A stretch of DNA of 64,000 nucleotides, taken from NCBI GenBank assembly GCA_023229825.1, contig JALNYN010000007.1, positions 2,596-66,595 of the forward strand, given 5' to 3'. The notes beneath the pieces are model-generated. The model saw nothing but the letters and a program-made list of their open reading frames with translations, did no database searches and was not told the origin of the DNA. This document shows, in pieces, positions 29,817 through 40,900 of this stretch (the first letter of the stretch is position 1; each line of letters starts with the position of its first letter). The position numbers and the translations under genes were made by a program. Source of the DNA: Minisyncoccota bacterium. Its GTDB lineage: Bacteria; Patescibacteriota; Minisyncoccia; Phycocordibacterales; CAIJYI01.

Positions 29817-30926
29817 TTAGCGGTCTTCGAACTTTTTTAATTCTTCCTTTGCTGTTTTTATGAACTTTCCGAAACGGCGGTCCTTATTTCTTTTTTCGAC
29901 ATCGGTCATCTCATAGAATTCCGTTTCTTTTTTCAGACTGATGTAATTGGAATATTTCCGCTCGTCGAGTTCTCCCGCTTTGATACGCGCCAGAACGCGG
30001 CAGCCCGGTTCGTGGACGTGCGTACAATCGGCGAATTTACACTGCGCATCAGACGCGATATCTCTTTCAAAGAGATCGTCCACGCCGGCCGCTCCATCGC
30101 TCATTCCCACTTCGCGCATGCCGGGATTGTCTATCACTATGCCTCCGTCCTTCAAAAAATACATTTCTCGTTTCGTGGTGATATGCTTTCCTCTTTCGGC
30201 GCTTGCGCTGATGTCTTCCGTTTTGATAATATCTTTTCCGAGCAATTTATTGATCAAAGAGGATTTTCCCACGCCGGACGAACCGAGAAAACAATAGGTC
30301 TTTCCTTTTTTGATATAGTCTCTCAATTCCATTAAACCCCCATCGGTCACAATGCTGGTTAAGGTATGATCAATGTCTCCGAACCTTTTTTTGATCTGGC
30401 CCAATTTTTCATCCAATTCTTCTTTTGAGACAAGATCAATTTTATTCAATACCGCAACGGGCGTAATGCCTCCCGCATTCGCAAGAGAAAAATACCGTTC
30501 AAAACGGTTCAAATTAAAATCACGGCCGACCGATTCGACGACCAGTGCGGCATCAATATTTGCGGCGATGATCTGCGTATCACTGCTGTTTATACTCTTC
30601 CTTTTTATGCACGTTTTTCTCGGGAGGATAGTATGGATCACGGCTTGTTCTTCGTTGATCGGAAGAATGGCCACCCAGTCGCCCACGGCAGGATAATCTT
30701 CTCTTCTGACCGATTCAAACATTTGTTTTCCGGTGACTTTCGCCGCGTATTCCCCGTCCTCATTTTTGACCTTGTAAGATCCGCGATACTCCGCCGTAAC
30801 TCTTGCCGGGCGGAGATCATTCGTTCCTTCCGTGTGTTTTAAATGAGTTTCAAAATTATCATCAAAGCCGATATCTTCATTGGTTATTTTTTTGTTTTCA
30901 TCGTTCGTATGGCGGCTGTTGTTCAT
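29817..30926 (-). CDS. rsgA: ribosome small subunit-dependent GTPase A
   Basis: OB-fold, circularly permuted GTPase (GSSGVGKSSLIN) and a C-terminal CxH..EPGC zinc knuckle. Confidence 0.85.
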   Translation of the reverse strand: MNNSRHTNDENKKITNEDIGFDDNFETHLKHTEGTNDLRPARVTAEYRGSYKVKNEDGEYAAKVTGKQMFESVRREDYPAVGDWVAILPINEEQAVIHTILPRKTCIKRKSINSSDTQIIAANIDAALVVESVGRDFNLNRFERYFSLANAGGITPVAVLNKIDLVSKEELDEKLGQIKKRFGDIDHTLTSIVTDGGLMELRDYIKKGKTYCFLGSSGVGKSSLINKLLGKDIIKTEDISASAERGKHITTKREMYFLKDGGIVIDNPGMREVGMSDGAAGVDDLFERDIASDAQCKFADCTHVHEPGCRVLARIKAGELDERKYSNYISLKKETEFYEMTDVEKRNKDRRFGKFIKTAKEELKKFEDR

Positions 30927-30968
30927 AATGATAGTAGTATACTAGACGATCGCTCATATATATAGAGG

Positions 30969-31131
30969 GTAAGCGGTATCTCCTCACGCCCCTATCCGTC
31001 ATTCCGGACAGGGCTCCGGAATCCACGGCGTAAACGGAACGACCAACGTGGATCCTGAATCCCGGTTCAGGATGACGACGAATGAATTTTAAAGCTTTTT
31101 TGGTTAAAAAATAAGGGGTGTGAGGAGATAC
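30969..31131. mobile_element. MITE-like element: TATCTCCTCAC terminal inverted repeats enclosing a GTCATTCCGG forward plus inverted unit pair
   Basis: Left end taagcggtatctcctcacgcccc, right end ggggtgtgaggagatacggtaagc (inverted). Internal gtcattccggacagggctccggaatccacg ... cgtggatcctgaatcccggttcaggatgac. Confidence 0.6.
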
Positions 31132-31143
31132 GGTAAGCTTTTA

Positions 31144-32436
31144 CTATGCTTCTCGATATAATTTTGCCAGCAGCTGATAAGCAGGCGAACGCATCGAGAT
31201 GAGCGTTACCGCAAGCCCGGCAAAACCCGCCATGATGAATACGAGCGCCATCCCGCGTCCCGGGCCGGTCCCGAACCAGCCGCCGATGAGCGATACTCCC
31301 GCTCCCGTGGTCATGAAGGGAATGAAAATAAATTCGGCGATCGGACCGATGAGAAAAGCAGCAAGGGGGGAGGCTGCCACTTCGACGCTTTGGGAAAAAC
31401 CGAATACGCGCCCCTGCCGTTCTAGCGGAACGATCTTTTGGATGACCGTGTGCTCGGCCGCTTCAATGAAAGGAGCAAGGCAGACCCAAATAAAAATACC
31501 GATCGCAAGGATGATGATCGAATGACGGATCGGAAAAAGAATGGTTGTGATCCAAATGACGATGTTGATCATAAACAGCGTTCGAAGTGGATCCGGACCG
31601 AGACCTTTCTTTGCGATATACAGACCGCCCAGAATAAATCCCGCGCTTAGTACGCCCCAAAGTACGCTCCACGTCTGCACGTTTACCAGTGTCAATCCAT
31701 AAGGGTCCATGAGCGACATGAATACTCCTCCCAGAAAATTATTGAAAGTGGTAAAGAAAATAAGCGCGAAAAGGCCGGGCATGGTCCGCATGAGATCTAT
31801 CGTTCCGCGAAGATCGATCTTGCCGGCTCCTGCGCCGGTACTCACGATATTGGCTTCGGGGATCTCAAGGAAATAAAGATGGATGAGTGCGAGCGCGGTG
31901 AGGACCACGCCGATAAGCAAGACATAATAAAGACCGGCATATGCCAGAGCAAATCCGCTTGAGAGGCCGGCTCCCATGGATGAAAATCCCATTACCATTC
32001 CGACCATGCCATTCGCGCGATCGCGTTCCTCTTTTGGGACGGTTATCGTAACTATCGTTGACAGTGCGATGCCGCGAAGATTACTTGCCAGCATACCAGA
32101 GAGAACTAAAGCGGCAAGGATCCACAAAGACGGGCTCGTCATCTCTCGAAAGTTCTCCGCCGGGGTCGACGCGTAAAACAGAAATGCGGCGATAAAGAAA
32201 GCAAACGTGATGCTCGTTGACGTCGCCATTACTCGTTTCTTTTTGTGATGATCGACGATCGATCCGAACCAGAAACTCGAGAATGACATCGCGAGCATAA
32301 ACACACCGCCCGAAATAGAGGTCGCAAGAACGGAACGGGTTTCGAGATACATCCAAAAAATGAACGCGAACCACACGAAAAAGTTCGTCACCGTGACAAA
32401 AAGGGAATTGGAAAGAATGTGGTAAAAAATTTTCAT
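31144..32436 (-). CDS. MFS transporter
   Basis: 12 TM. The track start is TTG; the ATG is at 32436. Confidence 0.75.
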   Translation of the reverse strand: MKIFYHILSNSLFVTVTNFFVWFAFIFWMYLETRSVLATSISGGVFMLAMSFSSFWFGSIVDHHKKKRVMATSTSITFAFFIAAFLFYASTPAENFREMTSPSLWILAALVLSGMLASNLRGIALSTIVTITVPKEERDRANGMVGMVMGFSSMGAGLSSGFALAYAGLYYVLLIGVVLTALALIHLYFLEIPEANIVSTGAGAGKIDLRGTIDLMRTMPGLFALIFFTTFNNFLGGVFMSLMDPYGLTLVNVQTWSVLWGVLSAGFILGGLYIAKKGLGPDPLRTLFMINIVIWITTILFPIRHSIIILAIGIFIWVCLAPFIEAAEHTVIQKIVPLERQGRVFGFSQSVEVAASPLAAFLIGPIAEFIFIPFMTTGAGVSLIGGWFGTGPGRGMALVFIMAGFAGLAVTLISMRSPAYQLLAKLYREA

Positions 32437-32530
32437 CAAACAAGTCTATGAGTGCATCATGTAGATACTATTAATTTTATATGGAGGATTCCTTAAAAGC
32501 AAACTCTGATCATGAGTCTCTCGTAAAAAG

Positions 32531-33004
32531 CTATGATGCTTTCGTGTCTCGCTTGGGCGGTTCATTTAAAAGCAGCCAATAGAGTCCTGTTTCGCTGACT
32601 GCGGCGACGAACTTTTCGAACTCTACCGGTTTGACGATGTAGCTGTTCGCCCCGAGACTATAACAGACGTCGAGGTCTCGATTTTCTTTTGATGAAGTGA
32701 GAACAACGACGGGGATGGTTTTTGTTTGCTCATCGGTTTTAATTTTTCGCAGTATCTCAATGCCATTAACTTTCGGAAGTTTCAGGTCGAGCAGGATCAC
32801 TTTTGGGGGATAATGGATATTTCTTGCGGAATATTCTCCCGTGCAAAAGATAAAATCAAGAGCTTCCTCGCCATCTTTTACCCATAACAGGTTGTTGGCG
32901 AGATTATGTTTTGTCAGCGCACGAATGGTGAGTTCTGCGTCGTTGCTGTCGTCTTCAACAAGAAGTATTTCTACTTCTTTCATTTTTTTTTCATAGCCGG
33001 TCAT
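32531..33004 (-). CDS. response regulator, receiver domain only (CheY-like)
   Basis: ILLVEDD...VILLDLKLP...K phosphoacceptor pocket motifs, 157 aa. Confidence 0.85.
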   Translation of the reverse strand: MTGYEKKMKEVEILLVEDDSNDAELTIRALTKHNLANNLLWVKDGEEALDFIFCTGEYSARNIHYPPKVILLDLKLPKVNGIEILRKIKTDEQTKTIPVVVLTSSKENRDLDVCYSLGANSYIVKPVEFEKFVAAVSETGLYWLLLNEPPKRDTKAS

Positions 33005-33043
33005 AATTGTTTGTTGAAAATTAATATTTGGTTGATGCTTGGA

Positions 33044-33295
33044 TCATTCAGCGTTTGCAGGCGTTCGCACAAGCGCAAGAATGTTTTCGTGAAGAGCGGA
33101 GATCGTTTTCTTGTCATCAGTAATGGCGTTTATCGACGCAACGATTTTTTGGGCGAGGAACGGGATATCATCAAGAGAGAGATCCTCCGGTTTTTTTTGC
33201 AGATGCGTTTCTATATGCCGGACGACGAAACGCCGTGATACCGGTCCCAAAAAAGGTTTTGTAGCTCGAATAACTTGTTCGTAAAGCATTTGCAT
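33044..33295 (-). CDS. small hypothetical protein in the two-component cluster
   Basis: 83 aa, tightly spaced between same-strand genes. No recognised family. Confidence 0.4.
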   Translation of the reverse strand: MQMLYEQVIRATKPFLGPVSRRFVVRHIETHLQKKPEDLSLDDIPFLAQKIVASINAITDDKKTISALHENILALVRTPANAE

Positions 33296-33315
33296 GAATA
33301 TTCAATTATGTTTGG

Positions 33316-34260
33316 CTATACCGATGTGACTGTTTCTATTTTGCGCAATTTTTCAGCCCCTATGGCAATGAGTCTATATCCGGCCGCCTGGACCCCCAAA
33401 AAAATATACAGAACCGCGAGAATCGGCAAAAGTGCGAGATGTCCCAACCTCAACGTTCCTGTCGAAAGGAGCAGGTTGAGTATGATCGCCGCCGCGATGA
33501 GAAGAGAAAACCCTTTCAGCCATTGTCCAAACATTTCTCTGTAGACCGTACCCGTAACGCCATTATAGTATTTTCTCGCATTTAAAATTGCGCATATTCC
33601 GGCCCAAATAGCGGAGAGGAAGGGTATCGCGATGGTAAATAATATATACATATCGGAGAGATAGTATGTAGGAGTAGTACATCCGTTGATGACCGAAAAT
33701 TGGCGGCAATTGTCTGTGACGATGAGCGCAATATAAAGGGACGCGAATGGCAGCATAAAAAGGAAGGAGTGCAAAACAGTTGATCCGCTTTCGACTTTTA
33801 CTGAGTTAACAAGCCGCCGCGTACCGAGAAAAAGGAACGTAAAACCTATCAGAGGAAACCATATAAAAGAGAAAATTTGAATGACCGTTATCGGGGCTGC
33901 GATATTGGAGAAAATATTTTTTAAGGGACCGAGAAAGGGGGTGATAAGGATTCCAATAAAAAGGGCAAAAAGTCCTTTGGCTATCAGGTCGAAACCTTTC
34001 CCGTCCGGATGTTCGGCGATCGTTTTTGCGTAATTTGAGACCCTCATCCATCCGAGTAATGCCATGATCCAAGTAAGCAAATAAGGTACTGCAAATGTGA
34101 TCTGGAGAAATCGGAGTTTTATTCCTACGATCCCGGCGCTGACAGCTCCCGGGGATGGAGGCGATAAAAACAGCATGACAATATATACTACCCACAATAC
34201 GGATGTGGCAAATAAAATAATGCTTTCTTTTCTGTTCATTAAATTGTTCATTGATAGCAT
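33316..34260 (-). CDS. polytopic membrane protein, unknown function
   Basis: About 9 TM segments. Confidence 0.6.
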   Translation of the reverse strand: MLSMNNLMNRKESIILFATSVLWVVYIVMLFLSPPSPGAVSAGIVGIKLRFLQITFAVPYLLTWIMALLGWMRVSNYAKTIAEHPDGKGFDLIAKGLFALFIGILITPFLGPLKNIFSNIAAPITVIQIFSFIWFPLIGFTFLFLGTRRLVNSVKVESGSTVLHSFLFMLPFASLYIALIVTDNCRQFSVINGCTTPTYYLSDMYILFTIAIPFLSAIWAGICAILNARKYYNGVTGTVYREMFGQWLKGFSLLIAAAIILNLLLSTGTLRLGHLALLPILAVLYIFLGVQAAGYRLIAIGAEKLRKIETVTSV

Positions 34261-34290
34261 GTTATAATGATCGACGGCGTGCTTTTGTCA

Positions 34291-35433
34291 TTACGCGGAC
34301 AATTCAAAATAAAATGTTGCTCCGCGCAAAACTGCAGCATCCGCCCATATCCGGCCCCCATGACGTTTAATAATACGCTCCGTGATCGCAAGACCCACTC
34401 CCGTTCCTTCAAATTCGCTTGCGCTGTGAAGACGTTGGAACACTCCAAAAAGTTTATCCGCGTATTTCATGTCGAATCCCACGCCGTTATCTTCTACGAA
34501 GTAGATGCTTTTTCCATCTTTCACGTGTCCGCTTATTCGGATCTTTGCGTGTTCATTTTTGCGTGTAAATTTTACCGCGTTCGAGAGAATGTTAAACCAT
34601 ACCTGTCGTATGAGTGAAACATCCGCTTTGGCATCGGGAAGGCTGTCGATATCCCACTTGATCTTTCGGCCGGGAAAAGCATCCATAAGATCTTTTGTAA
34701 CCGTTTGCACCACATGATCCATATTGGTGTTTTTCAGATCCAGAGCTTGTCGGCCGAGCCGTGAAAATGACAGAAGGTCATCAATGAGATTACTCATTCT
34801 CTGTGCGTTTTTACGGATCGTAGCAATAATACGTTTTCCCTCCGAGTCGAGTTTTTCAGCGTAGTCTTCCTCCAGCATCTGTGAAAAACCATCGATGGCA
34901 CGGAGAGGGGCACGAAGATCATGCGACACGGAATAGCTGAAGGATTCAAGCTCTTTATTGGCCTCTTGCATCGAGAGAATGGCTTTCTTGATCGGAGTGT
35001 AGTCGCGGGCTACAAACAAAACACCGATGATCTCTCCCGCGGCATCCTTATAGACATTTGCCGAAAGGAGCACGTCCATCGAGGTTCCGTTTCGGGAGCG
35101 TAGGCCGAGGGAAGAGTCGATGGAAAAACCTTTTATCAGCGCCTCATTGAATTTTTTTATCGCTATATCTTGGTCAGTGAAGTATGAAGAAAAATGGATC
35201 CCAATGATCTTTTCTCTCGGGGCATTCGTGATTTGTTCCATGGCGCCGTTTATGTCGATGATCATCCCGTCCGTATTGACATTGATGATCGGATCGCGAA
35301 TTGCCTCGAGAAGCGCCCGAGCGTATCCCCCGATCTGTTTCTTGGCAAGTGCCATTATTTGATCATTTTCCTTCATTGAGGCATGGCGGAGTGTTTCTAA
35401 TATTTTCACTCGCGTCCTAATATTTCTCATCAT
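34291..35433 (-). CDS. PAS-domain sensor histidine kinase
   Basis: PAS domain. HisKA H-box SHDLRAPLRAIDGF. HATPase_c with G-boxes. Confidence 0.85.
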   Translation of the reverse strand: MMRNIRTRVKILETLRHASMKENDQIMALAKKQIGGYARALLEAIRDPIINVNTDGMIIDINGAMEQITNAPREKIIGIHFSSYFTDQDIAIKKFNEALIKGFSIDSSLGLRSRNGTSMDVLLSANVYKDAAGEIIGVLFVARDYTPIKKAILSMQEANKELESFSYSVSHDLRAPLRAIDGFSQMLEEDYAEKLDSEGKRIIATIRKNAQRMSNLIDDLLSFSRLGRQALDLKNTNMDHVVQTVTKDLMDAFPGRKIKWDIDSLPDAKADVSLIRQVWFNILSNAVKFTRKNEHAKIRISGHVKDGKSIYFVEDNGVGFDMKYADKLFGVFQRLHSASEFEGTGVGLAITERIIKRHGGRIWADAAVLRGATFYFELSA

Positions 35434-35458
35434 GATGAATTTAGAATGAGCAGTGATC

Positions 35459-37006
35459 TTATTCTTGCGCGATAGCCTTCAAGTCCTTAATACTGACCGG
35501 TTTAACAAGATAGAGATCAAATCCGCTTTCAAATGCGCGGTGTTTGTCTTTCTCTTGCCCATAACCGCTTATGGCGATGATCTTGATATCGTTTCCGAAT
35601 TTTTTTCGAATGGATTGAGCAACGGCGAAACCGTCAAGAAGGGGGAGTCCTATATCGATAAGAGCAATGTCAGGATGCAGTTTGATTGATTCAGACACCG
35701 CTCCCTCTCCATCATAGACGACACTGACATCCGCACCGAGTTTTTGCAAAATTTCACCGATGGCGTCGGCAAGATTCCGGTTGTCGTCAGCGACAAGCAC
35801 CTTTTTTTTCTTTATCGATGTAACGGCACCCATTTGTGATTCAAGAGTTTTTTTTGATGATGCGGTATCTGCTTGTTTTTCAGCGCTATCCAACGCCGGT
35901 AGCACAACGGTAAATTCACTCCCTTTGCCAATACCATCACTTCTTGCGGCAACATTCCCGCCATGAAGTACCGCCAGCTTTCTGGCAAGGGTGAGGCCGA
36001 TTCCGAGCCCGCCTTCCGCGCGTGCAAGCGACTGGTCGGCGCGAATGAAGAGATTAAAAATTTTAGGGAGCATCTCGGCGGCAATTCCCATTCCCGTATC
36101 TTTTATGCGAATGATCGCGTTGGCGTTTTGTTTTTCCGTATCCATTCTGATATACCCTCCCTCCCCGGTATACTTTACTGCGTTGGTTAGAATATTGATC
36201 AGTATTTGTTCTAATCGTACCGGATCCGCTATCAAACGTACTGGTTCAAAGTGAAGCTCGATAGTTTGTTTTTTTGATTCCGCCAAGGGCCGGATGCTCT
36301 CTATTACTCTGAGCGCTATTTTCTCGAGATCGACATTCTCTTTTTTTAAAGCGATCGTCCCCTTTGTGATCCGGGTGATATCTAAAAGGTCATCTAATAA
36401 TCTGGTAATATGCCTGACTTGCTGATAGATCGTTCCTATCCGATCCATCGTGTCCGGATCTTTCACCTTTTCCGCGATGATCTCGACATTGAGAGCGAGG
36501 GCGCCCAATGGATTTCGCAGTTCGTGAGAGAGAAGAGCCAGAAATTCATCTTTGGCGCGGTTTTCCGAAATGAGTTGCTGCTCAATTCGCATTCTCTCCC
36601 TCTCTGTCTGGAGAAGTATTTTTTTTTCACCGGACTCTTTCAGGGCGCGAGAAACGGCCGGCCCAAGTCGAAAAAGTCCGTCTTTGAGAACATAGTCGGT
36701 CGCTCCGCGCTTCAGCGTTTCGACGGCTATCTCTTCGCCGATAGCACCCGAAACAAAAATGATCGGTGTCTCCGGGCAATATTTTTTTCCCAGTTCAACG
36801 GCTTCCAGTCCATGGAATGAGGGTAATGAATAATCTGCCAATATGATGTCAGGAATATGTTCTGAAGAACTGATCGCTTCAATAAAATCTTTTTTTGTGC
36901 CGACTATTTTGGCAGAAAAGACGATCTCTGTTTTTTTTAATGCTCGTAGGACTATTTCTGCGTCAGTCGGCGAATCTTCCAATACGAGAATATTGTATGA
37001 ATTCAT
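35459..37006 (-). CDS. hybrid sensor histidine kinase / response regulator (REC-HisKA-HATPase-REC)
   Basis: N-terminal receiver (ILVLEDSPTD...D), H-box SHELRNPLGAL, ATPase domain, and a C-terminal receiver (VLVADD...DIGLP). Confidence 0.85.
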   Translation of the reverse strand: MNSYNILVLEDSPTDAEIVLRALKKTEIVFSAKIVGTKKDFIEAISSSEHIPDIILADYSLPSFHGLEAVELGKKYCPETPIIFVSGAIGEEIAVETLKRGATDYVLKDGLFRLGPAVSRALKESGEKKILLQTERERMRIEQQLISENRAKDEFLALLSHELRNPLGALALNVEIIAEKVKDPDTMDRIGTIYQQVRHITRLLDDLLDITRITKGTIALKKENVDLEKIALRVIESIRPLAESKKQTIELHFEPVRLIADPVRLEQILINILTNAVKYTGEGGYIRMDTEKQNANAIIRIKDTGMGIAAEMLPKIFNLFIRADQSLARAEGGLGIGLTLARKLAVLHGGNVAARSDGIGKGSEFTVVLPALDSAEKQADTASSKKTLESQMGAVTSIKKKKVLVADDNRNLADAIGEILQKLGADVSVVYDGEGAVSESIKLHPDIALIDIGLPLLDGFAVAQSIRKKFGNDIKIIAISGYGQEKDKHRAFESGFDLYLVKPVSIKDLKAIAQE

Positions 37007-37211
37007 AGATGTATTTAAACGCGTGTTACAAAAACAAAAACCATCCCATGGATGAAGGTGATGGTCTGGAGATTAAGCGTATCTGTTGTCATCCTGCGTA
37101 AAATTATGTTTTTGAATGTTAAAGTTACTGTGAAGATTTTTTCACCATAAAAACCAATGTTGTTGTAGTCAACATTGTCAAACCCACATGATCTTTCTCC
37201 CGCTACTTATT

Positions 37212-37772
37212 TCAAACCTTGAGCGAGCCGCGGAAGCCCCTGCCGGCGTAATATGAATCCGCGCCGTTGTGATACAAGAAAACATGATCGTAGCGCCGAT
37301 CGCAAAAAACGGCACCGCCGAGTTTCCGAATTTCATCGGGTGTTTTCACCCAGCTTGATGTCTTCGTATCGAAATTTCCCAGTTTCTGCAATTCTCGATA
37401 TTCTTCCTCCGTTAAAAGCTCAACACCCATGTCTTCCGCCATACCGACAGCGCTATTTTTTGGTTTATTTTCTTTCCTGTCTTTGAGCGCCTTACGATCA
37501 TAACAAAAACTTCTGCGACCGCTTGGGCTTTCCGCGGAGCAATCATAAAAAATATATTCACCCGTCTTTTTATCGTGACCGACCACATCCGGTTCGCCGC
37601 CGGTCTGTTCCATGAGATACAGCGATCGGAGCTTGTCCGGACGGGCGAGAAGTTTTGCATTGATCTTGTCCCAATCGAGTTCCTTATGGCGAAACGCATT
37701 TTCTTCAAACCGCATCTTCAGTGTAAGAAGCAGCTCATCAATATTTTTTTTGGATAAATTTAATTTTGTCAT
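37212..37772 (-). CDS. DUF4256 family protein
   Basis: ATG at 37772 gives MTKLNLSKKNIDELLLTLKMRFEEN. Family assignment from memory of the conserved N-terminus. Confidence 0.5.
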   Translation of the reverse strand: MTKLNLSKKNIDELLLTLKMRFEENAFRHKELDWDKINAKLLARPDKLRSLYLMEQTGGEPDVVGHDKKTGEYIFYDCSAESPSGRRSFCYDRKALKDRKENKPKNSAVGMAEDMGVELLTEEEYRELQKLGNFDTKTSSWVKTPDEIRKLGGAVFCDRRYDHVFLYHNGADSYYAGRGFRGSLKV

Positions 37773-37784
37773 GGTTTTATAAAC

Positions 37785-37827
37785 GTCATTCCGGCCCGCG
37801 ATCCGCCAGCTGGCGGAGGAATCCACG
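37785..37827. repeat. GTCATTCCGG palindromic repeat unit (long-loop variant)
   Basis: gtcattccggcccgcgatccgccagctggcggaggaatccacg. Confidence 0.7.
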
Positions 37828-37982
37828 TTTTAGTTTACTTATTACTACGCAGAATAATAAAAAAAGTTGAGAATATGCATCCATTTTGACGACACTTTCC
37901 GCTCGTGTCAATATTGCACCCCTCTTCATGAAGGGGTAGTATTTGTGCAAAACCGCCATATTATCAGGTTAATTTCTACATA

Positions 37983-40900
37983 ATGAAAATAAAAATTTCT
38001 CTGCTTACACTCGCATTCTTTTTTGCCCCTTCACTCGTCTTCGCCTCCACTCCAGTCTGGGGTACTATAAATTCCGATACCGTTTGGACAGCAGAAAGCG
38101 GTCCGTACCTTGTAGACTTCTCGATAGTCCCGGAAGGAATAACGCTTACCGTGGAAGAAGGAACCGTAGTTAAATTTACCGGACAGCGTTCAATGCTTGA
38201 AGTTTCCGGAAACCTTGTCGTTTCGGGAACCGAATTGAGTCCTGTCGTTTTTACCTCCATAAATGACGATTCTGTCGGCGGCGATACCGGCACGGGGGCG
38301 AATGAGTGGGGAAACATTCTGATAAAAAACGGAGGAGTGGCAACGATTGATCATGCGGAAATTCGCCACGGCGGATGGACCGGATGGCTTTCTTCCGCCG
38401 CTCCGTCCAACATTTGGAACAACGGGGGAAACCTCACCCTAACAAACTCGAAGATCAGCAATGCATGGACAGGCATAACGCATTCAGCTGGAAATACCGC
38501 GCTCACGGAAAACATATTTACGGAAAACAACACCGGTATTTCTGTCAGTGGAACGGGAAGGGTCCATTTCGATCATAATAATTTTTTTAATAATACCGGC
38601 AATGTGGCTTGGTTCGACCTCACTAACGGCGTTTCCCTTACCCATTCGGATAATACCGCATGGGGAGGAACTCCGGGATTGGTTCTCGCAGGCGAGGCCG
38701 GCGCAGATTATGTTTTTGAGAAAGACGGAGCGCCATACGTCATCGATCACTTCACGGTTCCCGCGGGCAAAACCGTCACCGCACGTCCCGGAACCGCATT
38801 CAAATTATTGAACCCAGTCAGCGAAATATTTATTTCCGGAACTTGGAACACTGAAGGAACCTCGGATGATCCTGTCTATTTCACTTCCATTAAAGATGAT
38901 ACCGTTCTGGGAGATACCAACGGCGACGCCGACAGCTCTCAACCCGCAAACGATGATTGGGAAGGAATCTTTGTTTTGGAAGGCGGTGAAGCGAATTTTG
39001 ATCATGCCATACTGCGCTACGGCGGATACAGTGGCTGGCTGCAAAGTACCATGTTTTCGAATATTTCGAACAACGGCGGCATCCTCAACATTTCCAATTC
39101 TGAGATATCACGCAGCTGGTATGGTATTCATCATGAAAAGGGAACGACAAATATCGACTCGAGTACTATTTCGCAAAGCAGTATCGGAATTTATGCAGGA
39201 GGAACGGGATCGATAACCATCAACAACAATACTTTTTTCAATAATGACCGTCCGGCATTGCTTGATCTTTCAAGTGTTATTCTAACCAATGCGAACAACA
39301 CGGCGCACGGTACAGGAAAAAAAGGTTTGGAACTCGGGGGTGCGATCTCTGTCGATCAAACACTTACAAAAGATCTGCCATATTTGATCGACCATCTCAC
39401 CATTCCAGCAGGAAGAACACTAACAGTACGATCCGGATCAGTATTCAAATTTTTGAACAACGTAAGCGAGATGTTTGTCTCGGGAAAAATGAATGTCGAA
39501 GGAAGCGGAAATGAACCGGTCTATTTCACTTCCGTCAAAGATGATACCGTTCTCGGCGATACCAATGGCGATGCCGATGCCTCTCAACCCACAAACGATG
39601 ATTGGGAGGGGATCCTCGTTTTATCCGGCGGTGAAGCGAACTTCGATCATTCCGTCCTTCGCTACGGCGGATACAGCGGTTGGCTGCAAAGCTATATGGC
39701 TTCGAATATTTCAAATGACGGGGGAATTCTCAATATTTCTCACTCCGACTTCTCGAACAGCTGGTTTGGCATTCACCACGAAAAGGGAACCACCACCATT
39801 TCGCAAAGTTCGATACATGATAATCCGGGTTATGGAGTATACAACGGTTCCGCTCAAACCTTAAACGCCGAAAACAATTATTGGGGATCCGTAAACGGCC
39901 CGACTCATCCAAGCAACCCGCTCGGGACAGGAGACAAGGTGACTGACCGCGTTGATTTCATGCCGTATTTGGGTTTTGATCCGACGGTTCCGGTATCAGT
40001 AGCACTTACCAATGGCGGCGAAACGGAAAATGATGATTTGCAGGACGGAAAAGGAGTGGCGGATAAAACTCAGTTTACGTTTTCTGTTGTTGCATCGGAA
40101 AATCTAGTGGACATAAAACTTGTAACCGATTCATCGGACGTCGGCATAAATCCGGGTCAATTCTTTTTGTACGCTTCAGGAACCGAAGGTGTTTACTCTC
40201 GCGCTCTTACCTTTCCGAAAGGACACTATCGTTACCATTTTGAAGCGGTAGACGGAAACGGCGGCGTGTACCGTTACCCGGAGACAGAGGAGTTGAAATT
40301 CACGACAGGGTATTCAAATGTCGCGTTTTTGCCCGGGATCGAAGCAAGTAGACTTTATGGCGGAACCGGAGAACAGCTTTGGGAACCGGAATATTTTGGA
40401 AATCCATCCGTTCTCGCTCTCGATGAAAACGGTAGCTCGACCCGTTCCGATATTTACACGAAAGATGTCATTGATAATGCCTACCTCGCGTTTAAAGGAA
40501 ATATTTATTCCTCGTTTATTTCTTCAATGAACGATCTGAAAAGCAATGGAACGATTGCGGATTGGGAACCGTTGCCGTACGACTGGCGTCTTTCTTTTGA
40601 CGACATTTTGAATAACGGTGCTGAACTCTCGGATGGCAGGATTTATTACACAGGGAGTCTCGCCGCGACTGGTACGCCATATATCATTCAGGAAATCCGA
40701 CGGCTTGCCGCGACCTCCGACACAGGAAAAGTTACTATCATCTCTCATTCCATGGGCGGACTTGTCGCAAAGAATCTCACGGTTAAACTCGGAACGGAAG
40801 AATCTTCAAAACTTATCGATCAAATGATATTTATCGATTCTCCCCAAACAGGAACGCCTCAAACCATCGGCGTTTTGCTTCATGGTTTTGATCAAGGACT

